From Burkholderiales bacterium (lineage in GTDB: Bacteria; Pseudomonadota; Gammaproteobacteria; Burkholderiales; Casimicrobiaceae): DNA of 64,000 bases. The notes below the pieces were generated by a model that worked only from the letters and a program-made list of their open reading frames with translations, had not been told where the DNA came from and ran no database searches. Position 1 is the stretch's first letter, and every line of letters starts with the position of its first letter. Location: assembly GCA_038239945.1 (NCBI GenBank), contig JBBSEG010000001.1, forward strand, positions 9,836-73,835, in the 5' to 3' direction. Shown here in pieces: positions 37,060 through 48,223 of the stretch. The translations under genes were made by a program, and so were the position numbers.

Positions 37060-37793
37060 GCGGCGCGTCGACGCTGGCGTGCGAAGCGATCGTGCTGGCG
37101 GGCGGCCTCGGCACCCGCCTGTCTTCCGTGTCAGGCGGCCGGCCCAAGGCGCTCGTCGAGGTGGGCGGCCGCGCCTTCGTCGACTGGCAGCTCGACTACC
37201 TGGCCGCGCAGGGCGTGCGCCGCGTGGTGCTGGCGACCGGCCACCGAGGCGACGCCATCGTCGCGCACGTCGGCACGCACCGCGGGCCGCTCTCGATCGA
37301 TTGCGTGCGCGAGGCCGCGCCGCTGGGGACGGGCGGCGCCACGCGGCGCGCACTGCAAGAGATTGCCGGCCGCGGCGCGTTCGTGCTCAACGGCGACACG
37401 TTCGCGGCGGCGGACCTGCGCGAACTCGAGGGACGCGACCGGGAGCACGCCGTGATGACCGTCGCGTGGGTCGACGATGCCGCAGCGTTCGGCTCGATCG
37501 GCCTCGAAGACGGGCATGTCGCGACCTTCGCGGAGAAATCCGCCGTCGTCGCGGGGTGGGTGAACGCCGGCGTCTACTGGCTGCGGCGCGATGTGTTCGA
37601 CGCAGCCGCGTTGCCGGAGGCGTTCTCGCTCGAGCGCGATTTCCTGGCTCCGAATGTGGCAGCGCTGCGCCCCCGCGCCGTCCGGCTCGCGGCGCCCTTC
37701 GTCGACATCGGCACCCCGGAGGCGCTCGCGGCTGCGCAAACAGCCGTGCCCGCGATGGTGGCGCGGGCAACGCTCAGCGGCGGCTGCGCATGA
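37056..37793 (+). CDS. hddC: Heptose-1-phosphate guanylyltransferase-like nucleotidyltransferase
   Basis: LAGGLGTRL, PKAL, EAAPLGTGGA, LNGDTF, FVDIGTPE; coupled to hddA by GTGA. Confidence 0.82.
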   Translation: MSGASTLACEAIVLAGGLGTRLSSVSGGRPKALVEVGGRAFVDWQLDYLAAQGVRRVVLATGHRGDAIVAHVGTHRGPLSIDCVREAAPLGTGGATRRALQEIAGRGAFVLNGDTFAAADLRELEGRDREHAVMTVAWVDDAAAFGSIGLEDGHVATFAEKSAVVAGWVNAGVYWLRRDVFDAAALPEAFSLERDFLAPNVAALRPRAVRLAAPFVDIGTPEALAAAQTAVPAMVARATLSGGCA

Positions 37794-39702
37794 GCGGCAC
37801 CACGACGGCGGCGCTTTCCTCGCGCGCAGCCTCGCTGCGCGGCGGCCACGCCAGCCGGAACGGAACGCCCGTCGCGGTCAGATTCACGTTGTAATACGGA
37901 TCGGCGTTCGCGCGAGCGCCCCACTTGTGCCGAAACCGCGCCGCCTCGTCCGCCGCGCGCGTGCGCTCGGCCGGCCGGTCCTCGTGTCCGCGCGTCGCGC
38001 CTTCCAGATGAATCAGCTCGGCGTGCGGCGTGAAGAGGTTGCGCAATCCAAGCGCCTGCACGGCGAGACACAGGTCGAGATCATTATGCGAAACGGCGAA
38101 CGCCTCGTCCATTCCGCCCGCGCGATGGTAGGTGTCGCGGCGAACCGCGGCGCATGCGGTGATCACCGCAGTCACGGCCTGCACCATCGCGGCTCGTCCG
38201 GCGATCCCCGGATAGCCGCGGCGCCGCCCCAGATAAGGCCGATCCGCCGTCCCGTTGACGCCCATCAGCACGCCCGCGTGCTGGATGGTGAAGTCTTCGT
38301 AATACAGGAGCGCCCCGACCACTCCCACGCCGGGCCGCAGCGCCTGCGCGACCAGCTCGCCGAGCCAGCCGCCCTGGATCGCCTCGACGTCGTTGTTCAT
38401 CAGCACGACGACGTCGCCGGACGCTTCGTGCACGCCGCGGTTGCACAGCCGTGCATAGTTGAACGGCTCGTCGTCGCGAACCACGCGCACGTCGGCACGC
38501 TCCCGTAGCGTAGCGAGGAACGCGAGCGACTCGGGCTGCGCCGACGCGTGGTCGACCACCACGATCTCGAACGGCGCGTAGGCCGTGTGCGCGAACAGGC
38601 TGTCGGTGCATCGTCGCAGCAGGTCGGGCCGCTCGTGCGACGGGATGACGATCGACACGAGCGGCGGGGGCGTTGGTAATGCAGGGCGCAGGCGCCACCC
38701 GTGCAGCGAGGGTTCCACGCTCGCCTGCAGCCGCCGCCGGCGCACGGCCTCGACCAGCGCGACGCGCTGCGCCTCCTCGATGCCCGCCTTGCGGTACACG
38801 CCGGTCGACACCGATTGCCCGTGCTCGCGCCAGTGATACAGCACGTAGGGCACGTGGGCGACCTGCTCGGGCGCCAGCGACTCGGTCACCCTCAGCAGTA
38901 GGTCCCAGTCCTGCACGCCGTCGAAACGCGCTTCGAACGCCCCCGCCGCGCGCACGCGGTCCGTCGCCACGACCGTCAGGTGCAGGATGTAGTTGGTCGC
39001 GAGTAGCCAGTCGGGATTCCAGTCCGGCTTGAAATGCGGCGCGTGCCGTCGCCCGGCGAGGTCGATGCGATCCTCGTCGGTGTAGAGGAGCGCGAGCGCG
39101 GGCCTCGCCTGCAGCGCCTCGACGACACGGTAGAGGGCCAGCTCCGCCAGCAGGTCGTCGTGATCGAGGAACGCCACGAAGCGGCCCTGCGCCATCGCCA
39201 CCGCGTCGCGGGTCGCGGCGGCCGTTCCGCCGGTCGTCGCGCGCGCGGCGATGCGGATGCGCGGATCCATCGCCGCGGCCTCGGCAAGCATCGCATGAAC
39301 ATGCGCCGAGGGCGAGGCATCGTCGACGATGCACAGCTCCCACTCCGGATAGAGCTGCGCGCGGACCGACGCGATCGCGGCACCGAGCAGCCGCGGCGAC
39401 GACTCGTAGGCGGGCATGATCACGCTGATCAGCGGCCGCTCGCGCCATCCGCTCATCGCCTCGCGCAGCGCGTCGCGCGCGGCGGCGTCGAGCGTATCGT
39501 GCCGATTGATCCACGCCGGATAATCGGCGTACAGGTCGTCCGCGGTCGCATGGCGCTCGAGCACGCCGGGCAGGGCGCCGGCGAGCACGAGACGCACGCC
39601 GCGCTGCAGCACCCACCACCAGCGGCGCGGATCGAGCGCGGCGTGCCGGGTATGCCGGCGCAGGACGACCCAGCCCGCGTGAAGATGGCGGAGCGGGATC
39701 AA
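37774..39702 (-). CDS. Double-domain GT2 glycosyltransferase
   Basis: ISVIMPAY...IVDDAS, FLDHDD, VSIVIPS...VVDHAS, LMNND, NDLDLCL. Confidence 0.9.
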   Translation of the reverse strand: MIPLRHLHAGWVVLRRHTRHAALDPRRWWWVLQRGVRLVLAGALPGVLERHATADDLYADYPAWINRHDTLDAAARDALREAMSGWRERPLISVIMPAYESSPRLLGAAIASVRAQLYPEWELCIVDDASPSAHVHAMLAEAAAMDPRIRIAARATTGGTAAATRDAVAMAQGRFVAFLDHDDLLAELALYRVVEALQARPALALLYTDEDRIDLAGRRHAPHFKPDWNPDWLLATNYILHLTVVATDRVRAAGAFEARFDGVQDWDLLLRVTESLAPEQVAHVPYVLYHWREHGQSVSTGVYRKAGIEEAQRVALVEAVRRRRLQASVEPSLHGWRLRPALPTPPPLVSIVIPSHERPDLLRRCTDSLFAHTAYAPFEIVVVDHASAQPESLAFLATLRERADVRVVRDDEPFNYARLCNRGVHEASGDVVVLMNNDVEAIQGGWLGELVAQALRPGVGVVGALLYYEDFTIQHAGVLMGVNGTADRPYLGRRRGYPGIAGRAAMVQAVTAVITACAAVRRDTYHRAGGMDEAFAVSHNDLDLCLAVQALGLRNLFTPHAELIHLEGATRGHEDRPAERTRAADEAARFRHKWGARANADPYYNVNLTATGVPFRLAWPPRSEAAREESAAVVVPLMRSRR

Positions 39703-39792
39703 CGCGCGGCGAGCGCGCCGGACGGCCGGCCCCGGCCGCCGGCTGCGCCATGCCGGGCGGCCGACGACGTCACGTCCGCGCCCGCGGATCGA

Positions 39793-42700
39793 TCAGGGGA
39801 CGAGCGACCACCCGCCGCCCACGCCCGGCAGCGTCTCAATGGTCGGCGCGACCCCGCGTCCGTTGAAGAGCCAACGGACCACGCTGCCGGTCGTCGGGCT
39901 GTACCACATCAAGTCCGCGAAGCCGTCGAAGTCGATGTCGCGCGCAGGCCCGACCTGCCAATCAACAATCGGGACGGACGGCAGGAACTGCGACGCGGAG
40001 ACGGCGCCGGCATTCATGTACCAGATCACCGCCTGGCCATTGGACTCGTTGCGCCAGAAGATGTCTTCCTTGCCATCGCCGTCGAAGTCGCCGAAGCGAT
40101 ACGGCTTCCAGCCGCTCGACGGGCCCACGCCCGGCGGAAACACCGCGGTGAACGTGCCGTTGGCGGCCATCAGGTAGATCACGGCCTGGCCCGCCGAGGC
40201 GTCGAAGAACACGATGTCGCCGATCTTGTCGCCATTGACGTCGGCCACCCCGCGGATTTCGTACTTGGTCGGAATGATGCCGTAGTCCCGGGTCGACTGG
40301 ACCAGTCCCGAGGCACTCATGTACCACACCACCATCTGGCCGCTCACGTTGCGCCAGACCAAATCGGTGCGTCCGTCGTTGTTCAGGTCCCCGACTCCCG
40401 CAAGCGTCCAGGCGCCGCCCGAGCCGACATTCGCCGGAAAGGTCGTTGCGCCCACCGTCCCGGCGTCGGCCATCAGCCAGATCGCGACCTGTCCGGTAGA
40501 CGGCTGGAACCACACGATGTCCCGCACACCGTCGCCGTTGATGTCGACGACGTACAGCGCCTGCCAGCTCGTCGGCACGCCGGGCAGGAAGTACGGGGCG
40601 TACATGTTCGACAACGGGCCGTACCAATTGTAGTTCACGTTGGTGCCGTCGTTCTTGCGGAACATGACGAACTCGGGCGGGTACTTGCCGGTGCTCTTCG
40701 TGAATGCCGCGAGCGCCGGAAGCGGCTGCAGCTGAACGGTCGTCCAGATGCCGCCGATGAGCACGCGAGTGCTGTCGGGAAGGATGTCGTAAGCGGCATT
40801 GTTCAGCATGGGATACCAGCTCTGCGCGAGCCCGGTGGTGGCGTCGACGGCCGCCGCGTTGCCCGTCTCGACGACGTTCTGGCCGTAGACGTTGATGTCC
40901 GGGAAGGCGCCGGCAAGATAGAGCGTGCTCGGGTTCGACGGGTCCGGCACGATCTTCAGCACGATGTAGCTCGGCTCGGGAAACCAGTTGAGTAGCGCGC
41001 CGTTGGTTGCGTCGAACGAGCCCGCGAAATGGCGCACGAAGTAATTCGAGTCGGTGGTGCCGGCAAGCTGCTGGAAGTTACCGCCGGCGTATAGCGTGTT
41101 GCCGATGAGCGTGAGCGTGTACACGACGTCGTCGGCCGCGGCTCCGAACGCCGCCACCGCCGTTCCGGCGCCGGACTTCGTGATCTTGGCGAGACCCTGG
41201 TGGTTCGCGCCGCCGATGCTCCCGAAGTAGCCACCCGCGTAGACGTCGGCCGCATCCTGCGCAAGCGTGAACACCCAATCGTTGGCATTCGGATTCCACC
41301 CCGCCACGAGGGCCCCGCTGGTCGAGTTCACCGCGGCGATGTAGTTGCGCGCGGTGCCGCCCATTGTGGTGAAGCGGCCGCCGATGTAGGCCGTGGTGCC
41401 GTCCACGATGATGCTCTGCACGAGGCTGTTCGGGGCCGGGTTGAATGCGGTCAATGCGCCCGTCCCGGAATCGATGCCCGCCGCATAGGCGCGCGCAGTC
41501 GCGCCCACCTTGGTGAACGTTCCGCCGATGAGCACCGTGCTGCCGTTCAGCGCCATCGTGAGGATCTGACCTTCGACCAGGGGATTGAAGGCGGTATCGA
41601 GCGTGAAGTCGCTGTTGAGGCGGATGAGGCCCTTGTACAGCACGCTGTTGACGTTCATGTAGAACGAGCCGCCGACGAGCGTCTTGCCGTTCGGCAGGCG
41701 CAGCAGCGCCCACGCGCTGCCGTCGTCGCTCACCGAGCCGACCGACGTGGTCGCGCCGGAGGTCTTGTCGAAGCCCGCGAAGCCGGTGTTCGACGCTCCG
41801 TTGGCCACGAGGAAGCTGCCGCCTGCGCGCAGCGTCGTGCCGGTGAGGGCGAGCGAATAGACCGTGCCGTCGGGTGCCGGGTTGAACGACTTCGCGATGC
41901 TGGAGGTAACCGTGGTGTCGAGCGCGGCAAGATGCGGCCGCACGGTGCCGCCGACCGTGCCGAACTCGCCGCCCGCATACAGGGTGGTGCTGTCGAGCAG
42001 CAGCGTGTAGACGATCTTGAGGTCGGTGCTCGGATTCCACGGCGTCGCGTTGTTCGACACGCCGCTGGCGTCGAGCGCCGCGATACCGATGCGGCTGGCG
42101 AAATTGGCGCCGATCTGCGTGAACGCGCCCGCTACGTAGACAACCGTGGCCGCGCTATTGGGCGCGATCGCATAGACGGTGTTGTTCGCGCCGGGATTCC
42201 AGGTGGTGTGCCCGTCGATGTTGACGGCCGCCTGGATCGCCGCGAGCCGGAACCGCTGCACCGCCGTATGGCCGACCTGGGTGAAATCGCCGCCGATGTA
42301 CACGAGCGAGCCCTGGACCGCGATCGCGCGGATGGTGGCGATGCCGGTGGCGGTGTTGTTCGCGTCCAGCGGATAGGGATCCCAGGCCGTGATCGAGCCG
42401 CCGTTGAACGCCGCCAGTCCCGGACGCGCGGATCCTGCGATCGACCCGAACCGCCCGCCCACGTACAGGGTCGTGCCGCTGGCGGTCAGCGCGTAGATCT
42501 CGTTGTCGGAATCCGGATCGAAGGCCGTCACCGTAAGGCCGGCCAGGTCGATCGCGCCGATGCGGTTGCGCGTGCTGCTGTTGATGGCCGTGAAGTCGCC
42601 GCCGACGTAGAGCGTGTTGCCGATGATCGCAAGCGCGTTGACACCCCCCGTGACACGGAAATTGAAGCTCGTGTCGAGCGTGCCGTTGGTGTTGAAGCGC

Positions 42701-43011
42701 GCGATGCCCTGGCGCCGGTTGCCCGCCGCGTCCACCGTCTCGAACGCCCCCGCGACGATCATCTTCCCGTCGGACTGGACGGCGATCGCGCGCACGATGG
42801 CGACGCCCTTGAATGGCAGCGACGGGTTGGCGAGCACCGCCTGCGCGCTGGCCACGGGAGCCTGCGCGAGCCACGCGGCCGACGCGAGCACGAGGATCGC
42901 GAACGCGACGAGCGACGATGTGCGTTCACGCGCGACGCGCGCATCGCGCGGTGCGAGGACGATGGGGACCATCCGGCGAACAGCGTGGACCAGGCGATAA
43001 GCGATGGACAT
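39793..43011 (-). CDS. Large exported beta-propeller protein (delta-60-like repeats + C-terminal FG-GAP-like repeats)
   Basis: Signal peptide ending VASAQA; AVQSDGKMIVAG...NGTLDTSF; recurring LYxGGxFTxxGGxxR...AAxD...WNP units; five DxxxDG calcium-loop-like repeats at the C-terminus. Confidence 0.88.
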   Translation of the reverse strand: MSIAYRLVHAVRRMVPIVLAPRDARVARERTSSLVAFAILVLASAAWLAQAPVASAQAVLANPSLPFKGVAIVRAIAVQSDGKMIVAGAFETVDAAGNRRQGIARFNTNGTLDTSFNFRVTGGVNALAIIGNTLYVGGDFTAINSSTRNRIGAIDLAGLTVTAFDPDSDNEIYALTASGTTLYVGGRFGSIAGSARPGLAAFNGGSITAWDPYPLDANNTATGIATIRAIAVQGSLVYIGGDFTQVGHTAVQRFRLAAIQAAVNIDGHTTWNPGANNTVYAIAPNSAATVVYVAGAFTQIGANFASRIGIAALDASGVSNNATPWNPSTDLKIVYTLLLDSTTLYAGGEFGTVGGTVRPHLAALDTTVTSSIAKSFNPAPDGTVYSLALTGTTLRAGGSFLVANGASNTGFAGFDKTSGATTSVGSVSDDGSAWALLRLPNGKTLVGGSFYMNVNSVLYKGLIRLNSDFTLDTAFNPLVEGQILTMALNGSTVLIGGTFTKVGATARAYAAGIDSGTGALTAFNPAPNSLVQSIIVDGTTAYIGGRFTTMGGTARNYIAAVNSTSGALVAGWNPNANDWVFTLAQDAADVYAGGYFGSIGGANHQGLAKITKSGAGTAVAAFGAAADDVVYTLTLIGNTLYAGGNFQQLAGTTDSNYFVRHFAGSFDATNGALLNWFPEPSYIVLKIVPDPSNPSTLYLAGAFPDINVYGQNVVETGNAAAVDATTGLAQSWYPMLNNAAYDILPDSTRVLIGGIWTTVQLQPLPALAAFTKSTGKYPPEFVMFRKNDGTNVNYNWYGPLSNMYAPYFLPGVPTSWQALYVVDINGDGVRDIVWFQPSTGQVAIWLMADAGTVGATTFPANVGSGGAWTLAGVGDLNNDGRTDLVWRNVSGQMVVWYMSASGLVQSTRDYGIIPTKYEIRGVADVNGDKIGDIVFFDASAGQAVIYLMAANGTFTAVFPPGVGPSSGWKPYRFGDFDGDGKEDIFWRNESNGQAVIWYMNAGAVSASQFLPSVPIVDWQVGPARDIDFDGFADLMWYSPTTGSVVRWLFNGRGVAPTIETLPGVGGGWSLVP

Positions 43012-43223
43012 GTCGGCGATCCCGAAGTAACGACTGTTGACGCGGCTAACGGCGGCCGGCGGGTTACTTTGTACTCCGACCGGGCGCGCTAAGAAAGCGG
43101 AATTACGCAAGCGTTGGTGTTCGGTTTGTAGTGTGCAAGCGTACGAGGTCTGGACTTGCGGCGCCCCGCCGACCGCCGGTCGCGCCCCTCGGCGACGATC
43201 CTGCGCTCGCTCGCGACGTGGCT

Positions 43224-43573
43224 TCAGCGCGCAACCTCGACCTTCACGCCCCCCGCGAACAGGGCCGGCATGATCACGGGCACGGTGCCGTCCGGCTCGA
43301 GCGCGGGGCCAAATCCGGCGACGCGGCGATGTGGGCGAATCGCCTTGTTCAGGCGTTCGACCAGCGCCGGCGGCGGGTCGGCCGGCGCCAGTCGACCAAC
43401 GGGCAAACAGAATAGCGGAAACGCCTTTCCGCAACCATTCGCACGCGGCGCCGCGATCTGGATGGAGAGCGCCACGCCGGTGCTGGAGTCGCCGTTGACC
43501 AGCTTCGCACCTTGGGCGGGCACGCAATTGATGGATGTACCGCAACCCCATCGATGGTCGTCGTGAATTCCAT
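43224..43573 (-). other. Possible small hypothetical gene or frameshifted relic
   Basis: Coding-like GC3 bias in the AQGAKLVNG...VKVEVAR frame; the plausible ATG at 43573 (MEFTTTIDG) is in a different frame. Confidence 0.3.
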
Positions 43574-43641
43574 TTCCCTGGCATGGCGCGGTCTGCGTCA
43601 CCGAGCAGCGCCGGCTGAACCGGCACGCCCGCAACCCGCGC

Positions 43642-43650
43642 TGCTAGAAT
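43642..43650 (+). promoter_or_regulatory. Putative extended -10 promoter (TG-C-TAGAAT)
   Basis: 30 nt upstream of the DUF1993 ATG, with a GGAG RBS between them. Confidence 0.55.
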
Positions 43651-43679
43651 CCCGCTCCCGTCACCTCGCAGGAGTCGCC

Positions 43680-44189
43680 ATGCCACTGTCCATCTACGAG
43701 GCGTCCGTGCCCGCTTTGACCAAGACGCTGCGGAACCTGCGCGCAGTCCTGGAAAAGGCGAAGACATACGCGGCTGGCCGCAAGATCGATGACAGCGCGC
43801 TACTCGGAGCGCGGCTCTTCCCCGACATGCTGCCGCTGAGCTTCCAGGTTCAGGTGGCCACCGACATCGCGCGTGCGGGCGTGGCGCGCCTTGCAGGCGT
43901 GGAGCCGCCGAAGTTCGAGGACGACGAGACCACGTTCGACCAGTTCCTCGACCGCATCGACCGGACGGTGGCCTATATCGAGGGACTCGACCACAAGAGC
44001 TTCGACGACGCCGATAGCCGCAAGATCACCCGTCCGGTGCGGGGCCAGCCGCACGAGTTCACCGCGCAGAATTTCCTGCAGCAGTTCGTGCTGCCCAACG
44101 TGTACTTTCACGTCGCGATGGCCTACGGCCTGCTGCGCCACGGAGGCGTCGAGCTTGGCAAGCGCGACTATCTGGGCGAGTTCGACTGA
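43680..44189 (+). CDS. DUF1993 family (DinB-like) protein
   Basis: SIYEASVP, ARLFPDMLPLSFQV, LPNVYFHVAMAYGLLRHGGVELGKRDYLG. Confidence 0.9.
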   Translation: MPLSIYEASVPALTKTLRNLRAVLEKAKTYAAGRKIDDSALLGARLFPDMLPLSFQVQVATDIARAGVARLAGVEPPKFEDDETTFDQFLDRIDRTVAYIEGLDHKSFDDADSRKITRPVRGQPHEFTAQNFLQQFVLPNVYFHVAMAYGLLRHGGVELGKRDYLGEFD

Positions 44190-44238
44190 GAACAGGTACG
44201 TCGCGAAACGCGGAGACGGTGCGCGGCCGATCGGTGCG

Positions 44239-44613
44239 TCAGTGCGCGCGCGCCGAGACGATCCACGCGTACGCGTCGCCGCGCTTCTCGAGTGGGAAGC
44301 GCCGCACTTCGAGCGGCGTGAGCAGGCGGACGACGTCGGGCAGCGGCTCGAGCCAGGGATTGTCGGTGAGCAGCGCCACGCGATCGACCTTGGGCAGGTG
44401 CTCCCGCACGAAGCGCAGGTGCGCCGCGGCGGCGTCCCAATCGTCCCATCCGGGGAAGTGCTCGAGCTCGAGCAGCAGCCCGCGCAGCTTGCCGTGGTCC
44501 TCGATATAGCCGTCGACCGTGAGCGCCAGCGACGCGAAGTCGGTGGCCTCGAGCGGCCCGCGCGGGCGCAGCTCGACGATGCCGGTGGACTCGTTGAGGT
44601 GGTAGGCGAGCAT
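44239..44613 (-). CDS. STAS/SEC14 (SpoIIAA-like) domain protein
   Basis: GPLEATDF, HGKLRGLL, FPGWDDW, RVALLTD; GGAGA RBS. Confidence 0.85.
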   Translation of the reverse strand: MLAYHLNESTGIVELRPRGPLEATDFASLALTVDGYIEDHGKLRGLLLELEHFPGWDDWDAAAAHLRFVREHLPKVDRVALLTDNPWLEPLPDVVRLLTPLEVRRFPLEKRGDAYAWIVSARAH

Positions 44614-44734
44614 GGCCATTCTCCGTCGCACCGCAGCCCAAGGCGGGGCGTAACATCCGTTCGATCGGCAGGGTGCGAGCTTGGTTCCGTGCCAGCGTAC
44701 TCGCCGGCGGCTCGATGACGTGTAGATTTTTCAA

Positions 44735-45157
44735 GTGCCGCTCGCCGGACGATTCGCGGTGCTGAACGCTGCGGACTGGGATCGCCTCGCCGCCGCGGCC
44801 CGCGCCGCGAGCGCCAACGCCTATTGTCCGTACAGCCGGTTCCGCGTCGGAGCGGCCGTGCAGGCCGACGACGGACGCGTTTTCACGGGCTGCAACGTCG
44901 AGAATGCGTCGTTCGGATTGACCCTGTGCGCCGAACGCGCCGCCATCGGGCAGGCGGTCGCAGCCGGCGCACGCGTGCTGGTCGCCGTCGCGCTCTTCAC
45001 GGCCACGGCGGAGCCGGCTTCCCCATGCGGCGCGTGCCGCCAGGTGATCGCCGAGTTCGGAACGGCCGAAGTGATGGCCTGCTGCGACGGCCGCGCGACG
45101 GCGCGGTGGAGCGCTGACGAGCTCCTGCCCGGGGCGTTCAGGCTGCCGCAGGCCTGA
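44735..45157 (+). CDS. cdd: Cytidine deaminase
   Basis: AYCPYSRFRVGAA, GCNVENAS, CAERAAI, PCGACRQ. Confidence 0.93.
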   Translation: MPLAGRFAVLNAADWDRLAAAARAASANAYCPYSRFRVGAAVQADDGRVFTGCNVENASFGLTLCAERAAIGQAVAAGARVLVAVALFTATAEPASPCGACRQVIAEFGTAEVMACCDGRATARWSADELLPGAFRLPQA

Positions 45158-45517
45158 GCCGGCCGGTCACGACGGCGGGGCGCGCACGCACATGGCGGGG
45201 CCTTCGTCGATCCAGCCGCGCAACGGTGAGCGTTCCGATGGCGACCGGGTGGCGGGCCGCGCAGTCTCCGGACGTCAGGGTTGCGTTCTTTTGCACGCTG
45301 ATCGCCACCGTCGAGGTCGTCCGTCGCACGATCGGGTCGACGGCGCAATCCACGGCGGCGTCATCGGGCCTCACCGACACGCGGATTGGGCTGCCTTCCA
45401 CCAGCTCGCCGTAGTCCGCGAACACATCGATGGATACATCGGTGGCGATCGCGACCACCGGCGCCCCGAGCAGAAGCACCGCGACGACGACCGCGACCCC
45501 CCGCGACCAGCCGCGAC

Positions 45518-45521
<4 letters not shown>
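45138..45521 (-). CDS. Small exported hypothetical protein, possibly truncated
   Basis: ATGA overlap with the metH stop; signal peptide; two Cys; the C-terminus loses protein-like character. Confidence 0.45.

Positions 45522-48219
<2,698 letters not shown>

Positions 48220-48223
<4 letters not shown>

Noticed and set aside
43020-43140. c-di-GMP riboswitch
   Set aside because: The GEMM core (GGCAAA...GACGCAAAGC) and the class II signature are not present on either strand.
43012-43767. N-terminal extension of the 1324-aa ORF
   Set aside because: No protein-like character; it overlaps the DUF1993 gene and its promoter; the signal peptide begins only after 43011.
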